Assembly (NCBI RefSeq): GCF_009914755.1
Contig: NC_060932.1
Source: the human T2T-CHM13v2.0 reference genome, Homo sapiens
Reading direction: 5' to 3' (one strand)
DNA: 64,000 nucleotides
A program made the translations under genes and the position numbers. Shown in pieces: positions 12,756 through 23,836 of the stretch (position 1 is the stretch's first letter; every line of letters starts with the position of its first letter). The notes under the pieces are model-generated. The model was not told the origin of the DNA. It made no database searches and worked only from the letters and a program-made list of their open reading frames with translations.

Positions 12756-14930
12756 AGAGAAAAAAAAATTAAAAGAAAAGAAGATGGAACAGAAAAAAAC
12801 TGAAAAGAAGTAAAGAGAAAAAAGAAAAACAAAGAAAAAATGAAAAGAAAGAATAAAGAAAAATGAGTGAATAAATACATAGTAGAATGTGGTAGTGAAG
12901 AGAGTAAGAATAGCACTGTCATCTGTTGTTAGAAATAACACTGCCTAAAAGAACAGCTAGGACTGGACCTCCAAATAAAGAAGTTTTCGAATTTAAGGCA
13001 TAGATGTGGGCATTGGGCCCAGAAAAAAAAAAGTAAATATGGCTGATTTCACATTTAATGAGATAAGTAGATTGTTAATCTCTAAATTCCTTGATGGTAG
13101 CATTGGCCACTTCTATGTTTGTTTTTACACTGGCTATAAATAATCATTAAAATAAGTACATGTCAGCTCAACACCAGTAGGGAATATAAAGTGATGGTAA
13201 ATACATTAATTAATATATAATATTTCTCTATAGAATCATAGACTTTTGGGATTAAAAGGGACAGTGGCAATCATATTATTAAGATATTATTTGATGCTTT
13301 AGTGATTTCTAAATACCCACATTGTCCATTACAACCTATGCTTGAATGTCTTTGAGAATTCACTGCTTCTAGTAGCACACAATCTATATTTGAAAAAAAA
13401 AAACTGAATGTTAAATCAGTCTTCTTTATAATAAACTGCTTTGCACTGTCTTATGGTTCCCTACACTAAATTCTACAACCTATGCCAGAGGACAGATTTA
13501 ATCTCTCTTACACAGAACAACATATCAAGCATTTCAAGACAGTTTTACCTCATCCTTCCTCACATGCCATACCCATTCTGTGGTAATTCTTTCTCTTATA
13601 ATTGACCTATAATTTTTCTCTGTAATCTAATCTCTACAACTTTTTCTTTGGGAATAAACACTATGCAATATACTTTTGAATTCACCACTTGCTCAGTGAA
13701 AGATAAGATGTACAATAAAACCCTGATAATTGATTACTTGCTGGGCATACATTAGTATCCATAAAAATATATTTACATGACTACTCATAAACTAGCTCCC
13801 TCATTGTGATGATGCTTATTAAGATTTTAAAAACAACATATTTTAGATTTAGAAATTCATACTTTATAAAAGTCTTAATACAATATTTGAAAACAGTGTT
13901 AGTTGCTTGCAAACACTTGAAAACATTTAAAATATATTTTATGCATAATAATATAGCCTATTAGTGATGGGCACATAATAAGCACCTAAAAATTGTTACT
14001 TTCACACAATGCAGTTTTTGATGTAAAAGAGTGTTACACCAGTTCTTGAATCAAATTTGTGACATAGTAATCTTCTGACATAAACTGGCAATTTAATGTG
14101 AATATTAAATCTGTATGATTGTTTGCTGTTTTCTTATTTTTGTTGAGCCTTATAAATATTCAGATGAGCTTACTTGAAAACAATATAAATTATGGTAACA
14201 ATAAAAAATTCCTGCTTCTTTGGATTAAAATTGCTCACCTAAAATAAACGTTTTATGCTGAATTAACCATTCTTACCTTAAACCTAAGAATAATAAATAA
14301 TGTACTTATTTAAAAACTGTTAAACTAGAGTTTCTTTTAAGCTCTAGTGTTGGAGGAGAAAAGTCTACATCATATTCAATCTCAATTCAGCATAATTTCA
14401 TGTAACTTTATTAACCAAAGTAATATCCTACTGATATGATCATTACCATTAAATGTACTGTGGCATAATTGACTATACTAGGTCAAAATAAACAGTAGTA
14501 ATGTCTATAAAAACCTCATAACATATATTTATTTAATTCCATAAGATGTTGTAGTTATCTAAGTTAAATTCCCATCGGGAAGTCCAATAAAAAATAATAA
14601 TTATTATATGTGTATATGAAAACGTTCCCAGAAGAATATACCCAAATTTTGTACTTAAAAACAGCAACTATCAAAACTGCTCTTTAACAGCTGATAGGAC
14701 TTGTCCACATATTGAAAAAATTTCTATTATTCTACTAAAGTCTCCAAGAAAAGTAATGCTAAAGCAAAATACAGTGGAGTAAAACACATCTTAATTATTA
14801 TTTAACATAATAAAATATGACAAATAACTCCTTGAGAAAGGATACCCAATTGTGCTTATAATCTGTTATTTCAAGTTTAACATCACTTAATGAAAGACCA
14901 CATATCAGACACTAAATGAATCTTGAATGA

Positions 14931-14970
14931 ATCAATACTAGTCTAGGACTATCAATACTAGTCTAAGACT
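14931..14970. repeat. 20-nt tandem duplication
   Basis: atcaatactagtctaggact atcaatactagtctaagact (1 mismatch). Confidence 0.9.
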
Positions 14971-15234
14971 GGGTTTTTATACAGTTTCTGCCAGTCCATA
15001 ATTTTCTCCACAAAATAATGATATTTACTAGATAATTTGTAAGTTCCCACCTAATTCTAAAATAGATAATTCTAGAAATCCAGGAAAATTTACTTATTAT
15101 TTCTAAAATCATGTCATTACATAGGTTCTTCTATTTTCAAGTCAATGTTAGGTAAATTCCTAAGGCTGTAATATTGAGCTTTAGGGTTTAGGGATTATTG
15201 AAAAAGATATTTTAAGTTAAATATTAACTTAAAT

Positions 15235-15343
15235 ATGGCATGAACCCAGGAGGCGGAGCTTGCAGTGAGCCGAGATCATGCCACTGCACTCCAGCTTGGG
15301 TGACAGAGCTAGACTCCCTCTCAAAAAAAAAAAAAAAAAAAAA
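15235..15343 (+). mobile_element. AluY, heavily 5'-truncated (3' ~90 nt plus polyA)
   Basis: atggcatgaacccaggaggcggagcttgcagtgagccgagatc (AluY diagnostic GAGCTTGCAG), poly-A, flanking AAAAGATAT duplication. Confidence 0.92.
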
Positions 15344-15601
15344 GAAAAGATATCAAAAGAGATCTTATAGCTAAGGCAGTAAATTATTCTGATGAATTTA
15401 CAAATGTCACTAGATATATATCCGTTATCTAATTTTAAACATCTGGATATTTTGTAAATAAAAAGTCAATTATTTTTAAGCTTACTTACATTAATGTATG
15501 TCTTCCTTCAAACATAAAACAACTTATTTATTTTTGTTGCAGACTAATATTTCTATTCAGCCTAAATACCCACTCAAACCATTTTGAATGGGTCTTAGTG
15601 A

Positions 15602-15947
<346 letters not shown>

Positions 15948-15959
15948 TCATCTTTCAAT

Positions 15960-16220
15960 AATTAGTTCAAATATTCTCTGAGCAGCCCTCTTTGACTCAT
16001 ATTTAGAGGTTGTCAGTCCCTCTACTGTAATTCAATAACATTTCAAAAATACTGCTATGTAAGTGTTTCTCATAATAAATTTGTGATTCTTCTTTTTTAT
16101 TTAAAGTTATGTAGACCGCTCTATGGCATTGATTGTATTGTTCATTCTCATGTACCTGCTATCCAGTACAATGTCATGCACATCACAAGAGCTAAAACAT
16201 ATTTTGTGAATAAAATGAAA
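15960..16220 (+). mobile_element. L2 3' end fragment
   Basis: ttgttcattctcatgtacc..tccagtacaatgtcatgcacatc..tattttgtgaataaaatga. Confidence 0.5.
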
Positions 16221-16224
16221 ATAA

Positions 16225-16600
16225 CAACCATCCTATGACACAGGTGTTCTCAGCTACTGAGAAGTTGTGACTTTGGGAATTGAACTTATTGCTCAAGATC
16301 ATAAAGCTAACAAGGGGCAGAGTATAGTCTCAGCCTAGTTCTTTGACCAAAACTCAAAGTTGATAGTAAGCAATTCTTTTTTATCTTTCCATTGGGAGAA
16401 AATACCTAAGAGTTTATGGCACTTCCAATCATTACTATGTTTAATGCTTATAACAACCCTGATGTAATATTTTGATACTACAAAAACTACTTTGCAAATA
16501 TAAAATTTTAGCTATAATTGTTCATTTGACCTGAACAAACTCTCACACATAGTAGTTTGCAAAGGTGGACTAAAATGCAGTCAAAAATATTAAGTTCTCA
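16225..16600 (-). mobile_element. MIR fragments
   Basis: aaccatcctatga..ttgctcaagatcataaagcta..ggcagag; taacaaccctg..tactactttgcaaat. Confidence 0.45.
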
Positions 16601-17644
16601 TTTTGAGGACTATTGTACACTAATACAGCAAAGTGAGGTGTGGTGTTAATATGCATTTTTAATAGATCTAAACCAACATTGTTTATTTTCTTCCTCTTTT
16701 GCTTCTTTTTATCTCAACGTGCAAAGAATCTTCAAATGGAGGAGACTGCAAATAATTTTCTGCTACTGAGAAAAAGTAGAAAATAAAAATTTTAAGATAA
16801 TTTAAATTGTTGATGTTTTAACTATAGTACAATAGGAAAATTAATTGGAATGGTACCCTATAAAGAATTGAAAATATCTTTGAGAAATATTTTAAGTTTT
16901 TCCAGATTATTCATTAATTTTACAGTTGTTATTTAAATAAAAGTTATAGTGAGTTTATTTAATTTATCTATGTGTTAATTCACTTAATTAACACATAGAT
17001 TAGTCTGTACACATTAAGTACAAAATACTGTGTGTAATCCATGTTTCTATGTGTTCATAATAATATTGATGTCAATTATTAATACATGCCCCAGTTTATG
17101 AAAACAGATAAACTGGGAACCATTAATGATCAAAAGACATAAAACTGAAAGTTTAACTGGAATGTGAATAAAAAAATTAAAAATATTAAATTATTACATA
17201 CTGCAAAATAGCATGAACTTGCAGACATCGAACGGACCTATGCTATAGTAATCTCTTATATTTATGTTTTACACTGTAATTAACTTCAACAAAATAATAT
17301 TCAGTAGAATATTTTTTCATAGGATATTTTTGACTTTATAGTTTGCTAATGGTTAATTATAAAATTATTTTGATTTTATAATCATTCAAGGGCTAAAAGC
17401 AAGGCCTTTATATCCAGTTCCATTTTGTGAATTTTGAACCAGTAATACAATAAAAGCAATATATTATTATGGATTAATGAAAATATTGTTGCCTTTATTT
17501 AAAAAAAACTGGTATTATAACTGTGACAAAATGTAGTTATCTTTAATACTGAAATATGTAGAGATTTCATTATCTTGAAGAAGGTAATTTCAAGCCTTTA
17601 AATAATTTAAGTAAATTTTCTAGCAAGTGAAATTATAAACACTT

Positions 17645-18190
17645 ATTCATTAGTTTGACAACTATTTTTTAAAAAATATCTATTGGTCAGAAACTGTACT
17701 AAGTACTGAAAATGCAGCATGAATAAAACCCACCCACTCCTTATCCTCAGAGAGCTTAAATTTTACAGGAAAATTTATAGGGCTGATGATTACAAATGCA
17801 AGCTGCAATGGCAAGTTATAAGAGGAATATCTAACCTTCCTAGAGGTAACAATTTAAGCTAAATCTTGGAAATTAGAATTATGTGGTTAAAAGGAACAAG
17901 GATTAGCTTCTCAGAGTATCCTTAGGGAGAAAAGAATACAGTGTTTGGCTAATTAAAATAAATTGTGTTTTGCAAAATAATAGAGTGATTGTGAGAGTTA
18001 CATGCGATGAATTTGGAAATATGGAAAAAAGTCAGATCATGCAGTTTCCCGTGGGTCATCACCAAGTCTCTGCTTTATTCTTAAGAGCATTGATTAATCA
18101 CTGAAAGCTTTAAAAGAGTAGTGTTATACGACTGGATTTTTATTTGTAAAAGTTCATTTTAACTATATTGTGGATAATAGATCAGAGGAA
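17645..18190 (-). mobile_element. L2 fragment
   Basis: attcattagtttgacaactatt..ctgtactaagtactgaaaatgcagcatgaataaaac..ctcagagagctta..cagatcatgcag..cactgaaagcttta. Confidence 0.65.
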
Positions 18191-18289
18191 TAAGTTTTTT
18201 TCTGAAATATCTAAAAAAATTAAGCAATTGGTTTTCGGTTGTTTACCAACTCATTGAAAAAGTAACTTAAAAGACTCACTCTCTGCATA

Positions 18290-18480
18290 CACACTGTAAC
18301 TTCTTTAGTACTTTGATCAGAATTCATTTTACAAAATCTATCTTGTACCACTAGAATGGGTTTTTCTATGTCCTCGACTCTATTGCAATGTCCTGCAGGA
18401 AGGGGACATGCATTATTTATCTTTATTTCCTCTAGAACAGAATCTGGTACTGAGTAAGCATTTTAGGCATGTGTCTGAGC
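18290..18480 (+). mobile_element. L2 3' end fragment
   Basis: gcaggaaggggacatg..tatttatctttatttcc..ctagaacagaatctggtactgagtaagca. Confidence 0.5.
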
Positions 18481-20763
18481 CAAAATTATTATTTTAAAAA
18501 TAATACTAGTTAGATGTCAGCCATTTCCAGTTTAGAAATTTGGACCTGCTGGTAATCAAGTCTTAGAAGATAGTTTCATAACTAAGAGCATAGCTATATT
18601 TTGAGAACTTCAGAAAACACTAAGCAATAGAATAGTAGGTTTCCCCTACTCTTAACATTGATGAATATTTTTGCCCATAATATTAAGAGATTGTGTCTAG
18701 AGTGTAATAGATAAGTAGCAAACCAAAATCACTGAACTAGTAGTAAGTTATTGAAGAAGAAACAGAAGAACCAATTTGAATTAAAGTAGAAAGTTGATAA
18801 AAGTATAACAATTTAAGTCACTGTCAATAATGATGAATACATTAAAAATGTTTTCCATATAATGTTTTACATCTACTTTGAAAAATAAATGAGGAATACA
18901 TTTCCAAGGTACATGGCACCACTGAATGCATATTAAATTCAAAATCACCATTTTGTAAAGAATATGGGGAAAGGTAAAACAGGTATCAATCTCTCAAACA
19001 GCACTGGGAGCTTATGATAATAATGGAGAAAGTTTGAGCACTGATTGGGAATCTACCCGGGAAGTACTCTTGAAGCTTAATTAAAATTTACTTGAAGAAA
19101 CTTAAACATTTTATATGGAACCACCTTAAAAGTATTTAATTTAATTTAATGGTTGACTATTAAACTTTTCTATTTTCAGTCTGCATTATTGTTCCAAGTT
19201 ACATAAAATTTTAATTTATAACCACAAAGTTTATCACACCACTTGACGGCAAACTTTGGCTAAAGTAGAAATTGTATTATTAGTTGGTTTTACAATAAAC
19301 TTATGTCAGAAATTATCCTCCTTCTATATGATGGGTAATAAAATAATTTCCAGATAGCCTACCAATATTAGCTCATGCAATTTTCCAAAGAGAATGAAAA
19401 AATAGTTTTTAACATTTTAATATAATTTTACCTATTTAAATTTTCTGGTAATAAGACAAAAACTGTTTACTTTATTGAGTAAATCACAAATTTTAACACG
19501 GTCCCTATATTCTTATAAATGGTAATATTTATAATAGGAAAGTGAATATAGAATCAAGGTGATATTGATTTAATCTTTTTGAGAAGACTATTATAGGTTA
19601 AAAATTCATTTTAGAATGTGCCTCATTAAAGAGAATCAAAGTAAGTATTTTCAGTACAAATTCGAATGGAAACAAACTTCTGAGATATTTTTGTATTATT
19701 TTTAATTAATGTATGTAAAGATGTCTTGATTTCTATCCTTCTTGTGCTCTAAGTATTGAGCACAATACTTATACAGACCATTACTTAAATCATGGTCTGT
19801 ATAAACCATGCCTAATCACACTGCAAAAACCATAGCCAGTTTAGAGAAAATATTTTGATATCTTGGAAATGTAGTAGATATTTTATACTTGAAATATGTT
19901 CAATTAATTAATGTTCTTACAGATACATATATCGATATAAATAAAGACCTTTTATTATTTTATACTACATTGAATTTTTTTCCTAAACTTCTCTATGACA
20001 CTTGCCACCAAGAAACAGAAAAATGTATTTTCTAGACTTCCTTATTTTGTAAAAGGTAGGCTTATATTAACTGAGTAGAAAATTACCAATGTAAGATGTG
20101 GTTTTATGTCATTTTTCTCTAAAAATAAATTAGACATTTAAAGAATACTTAAATTTTGGAGGCATACTATCAATGAATAGCTGTTACCTTTTCAAAATGA
20201 GAAATCTTTCAATGCAATCATATGGGTCAGGCAAAGAATAAGCTATGTAAAACGATCACCAGATATAATGTTTCTATGTTTCCCAATCAAACTGTACATA
20301 TTCTCAAGTACTAACTAACATTTGCATAACATAAAAATATCATGCAAACGCTAAAAATTACTACATGGGATAAATCATCTATGTGTAAATATATGCACTT
20401 ATTAATCAAAACTGGCTACTTTATTTTCCTGTTTTGTGAACATCATCATAACTGGTATGGAATAAATAATAAGTATTTGGTACTTGTTTTTACTGTCCTG
20501 TTTAAAAATGATTTCTGTTCTACTTTTACCCCCTCCCCCTCCAACATTTGCATTGCACTTTGACTTATTTTTAAATTTCAATTTCTATGCTTTCAAATTA
20601 TTCCAGTTTTGGTTGTTACTATCCATATTTTTCAGCTACTTTGAACTTTTTCTTTTGCTTTCTATATCTTGGCTCTCTTTCAGCTCATTCTCTAATTAGA
20701 ATCATTACCAAAATATAGCTTTGGCTGTAACTAAATGGGCACAAGTAAAATAACATCCAATAC

Positions 20764-21075
20764 CTCTATGAGTAACAACTGCAAGCTCTTTAGTTCTTTC
20801 TATCTGTTCAGCATGTCTTGGTCTTCTCCTGGTACTTTGTGTATCTGCTGGATGAGGAGAGAGCCCGTCCTTGGACGTGTTGGGGTCCAGACCTGAATTT
20901 CTGAGACTCGTAACTTGCACTCGCTGTTCCTCGGAAAGTCTATGGATGGTGACAGCTGTAACACTGGATACAGTAACATCTGCAGGTGTGCTAGCAACAG
21001 CAATAGCACCAGTGGTAGTCCTGTTATGCTCCTCTAACTCACCAGTGGAGGTAGTGTGGGTCAATGTAGAAGAAC
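20764..21075 (-). CDS. CSMD3: Internal coding exon of CUB and Sushi multiple domains 3 (Ser/Thr-rich insert after CUB2; commonly numbered exon 7, alternatively spliced)
   Basis: Minus strand: acceptor cccacag|GT TCT (AG at 21077-21076) and donor CAT AGA G|gtattg (GT at 20763-20762). Length 312 nt, symmetric phase 1, no stops. Peptide GSSTLTHTTSTGELEEHNRTTTGAIAVASTPADVTVSSVTAVTIHRLSEEQRVQVTSLRNSGLDPNTSKDGLSPHPADTQSTRRRPRHAEQIERTKELAVVTHR matches my recollection of CSMD3 between ...FSAPYQ and VKKAIDFK... Confidence 0.93.
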
Positions 21076-23669
21076 CTGTGGGACACAGTAGCACTAGATG
21101 CTAACTTTTTCTTTTTAAATTTTGTTTATTTTTTCTGATAAATTTAATCAATCATATTCTCTTCTATTACCTTAAGGATAATCAACATGAAGAGGCAAAA
21201 CACAAACACGCGAGTAAATTGTGAAGCGCACTAGATCTGTCGGTTTGTTTCTATCAACCATCCTATGGATAGATATACACACAAAATATACCACATTTTA
21301 ACTGTAATACATTGAAGAGAGCAGGTAAAAGGGTAAACCCTTTATGTGGCCCTGAATCAATCTTTTAAAAAAATCTACAGATGAATTTTAGCAACGAATG
21401 CCTGGCAAGTGTCAGGTTTTGATGGAATGGGTAACTATGTAACCACACTTTTCTCAAAAGTATGCTTTGAATAGTCTGCCATATCTCTTCACAGTTTCTG
21501 GGAAAAATATCAAAATTTTCTATTTTAAGACAAGCAAGTGAAGAAAAGAGAATTTAAAATCAAAGCCAAAATGAAAACAAATGATGAAAAAAAAGGGGCA
21601 CTAAAATAACCACTATATGAAAATGTGTTTCTTAACCTCATTTGTGATGAGCTAAGTACCTTAGAATTTATCAAGTTTTTAAAAATTAGTTAATACTTTC
21701 TACTATTTTTAAGTAATATTTTAGTTTAACCAATTCTGAACTAATTAAAATTAAGCAAATTATGAAATTTGGAAGTGGTTGAAACTTAACTATTATTATA
21801 CAGCACGTAACTTTAATTCACACAACGCTAGTTTTAACAATTGGTTGGGAATTTCTAAATATCTCATAAGCATTTCAGAGTGTGTATATGTGCGCATGTG
21901 TGTGTGTATAATATTACCACATTTTTATTCTAATTAAATATTTTTTAATAATTTAGAAGTATGTATTCAAAGTGTCAAATTAGAGTTTGCTTTTTCATTT
22001 TATTTAATGTTTTTTAAAGGAGGTTGTTCATGGTAGTTCATAATACTTATATAATGAAAAAAGTAACTTTATAATAGAAGCATGAAATTGAATGGGGGTA
22101 TATTTAAAAGGATCTTGACAGCTAAAATCCTTAACAGCAACAACCAAAAAAAATATTGAAATTTGGAGCTGCAGCTACTCATTAGGAATCATAGTCAGAT
22201 CCCGGTTGGAAAACTTCTGAATATTTTCTAAAGCCCCTGAGTGGTATATGTTTTTATACACTTTTCTTCGCAACATTTCAAAATTCTGTTAGCAATGTTT
22301 ACTTAGATATTTTAGATAACAATGCTAGGGATATTTTAACCATTCTGAAAGAGAAAAAAAAGCAATGTCAATATGGTTTGAGAATACTCTGCCTTTTTTA
22401 TTTTCCTCTTGTGCTGTAGACAGGTGATTAGTAGGACTAATAATTCTGCTTTCTGCCTTAAATTCAAAAAGGAAGAAAGGAAGTCAAACCTGGAGCCCCT
22501 CACTCACAGGCAAACAGAAAAGCCCATTTCTGCCCCTGATTCTTCCAGGTTGAGTCGTCATATCTGAATTTGATTCTAGAAATTCAGAAGTATTAAATGA
22601 TTTTTGTATTTTGAAAGAGCCAAAAGTAAATGAGGTATGACGATTATCAAATTATTTTAAATATTTTAATGTTTTTAAGCATGAATCAGATAGCTTCTAT
22701 TGAATATTTATCCAAGTTGTTTTGTGAATAACCTATTTCATAGATCAGAATCTACTAAGTTCACATTGGTTATATAAATCAGGTTGCAATATTTAGTCAG
22801 CTAATATTTGATAATAATTTTTTAACCACATGGTTAAGCAATAGCTATGCTTGCACTACTAAAATACAGTAATTGAACTCATGGTAAACTGTACATTTGT
22901 GATGTGCAGTTTCATACATACATCATGATGAGCTCATGTGCTCATTACTATGAAACCTGATCCATATTGTCCTCCTAGAGTTTAATTGAGCCTTTTTATT
23001 TTTGACAGGAATATGAAATCAGAGTAAAAACTAATGCTTTAATATTTTTATAACCTCATCATAATTTTCAGACTTTCAGGTTTAATTTTAATAAAAGAAA
23101 CTATTAACTATAAACATATGTTGGTAATTATAAGCTAAATTTATGAGAAATAATGGAATTTATACTATGTCACATGTCTGAGCACGCCTACCTTTACCAA
23201 AGGGATGGATTAAATTATCATATTCCATCAGAGTCATTATGATCAATCTCAAATAATCCCTCGAATTTGAGTCAATAAATCTGAGATAATCCTTATGAAC
23301 AGGCTTAGGGGGCTTAGGCTGCTTCTCTAATCACTCAAGACCTGCAGACCCAATCCAAACACTCACTTTCTTGAAGACCTCAGGGGAGAAACACAGTTCC
23401 AGACCAAATTTTGGAGTTAGAACTGATCTTTGGTAATGTCTAGACCCAGGACTTTCTAGCAGTCCCAATCTTAAAATATTTAGCATAAGAGCTATACTTC
23501 CCACCAACGGTGATGAAGATTCAGTACTATTCCCTTAACCTAAATTTGGGACAGTGTTTAAGGTTGAAATAAAGCATTAAACCCCAGAATTTATTTAATA
23601 ATCATAATCTAACCAGATATGTATTCCAACCAGGTATTTTACTAACCAGTTCTTATGTTTTACTTATAT

Positions 23670-23836
23670 ATTGTGTTCATATTCTTTCCACACCATACTG
23701 GGAAGCAAGCTCCCTGAAGGCTAAAATTTTTGTATATTGATTTCACTGCTGAATCCCTAGCTCCTAGAACATTGCCTAGCACATAGTAGATGCTCCAGGA
23801 ACATTCATCAGAAGAAATAATAAATAAAGAATGAAT
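23670..23836 (+). mobile_element. L2a 3' end
   Basis: aagctccctgaaggc..ttcactgctgaatccctagctcctagaacattgcctagcacatagtagatgctc. Confidence 0.75.

Noticed and set aside
12698-12941. Hydrophobic Phe-rich ORFs resembling membrane peptides
   Set aside because: Translation of an A-rich low-complexity tract after an L2 end.
15180-15193. TTTAGGGTTTAGGG telomere-like motif
   Set aside because: Only two units; chance.
17202-17237. 36-nt open phase-1 segment ending in gtatgt (GPFDVCKFMLFC)
   Set aside because: No polypyrimidine tract and a competing AG 5 nt upstream; too weak to call.
20871-21104. Plus-strand 77-aa ORF and shifted-frame 69-aa ORF (20800-21009)
   Set aside because: Shadow frames of the real CSMD3 exon.
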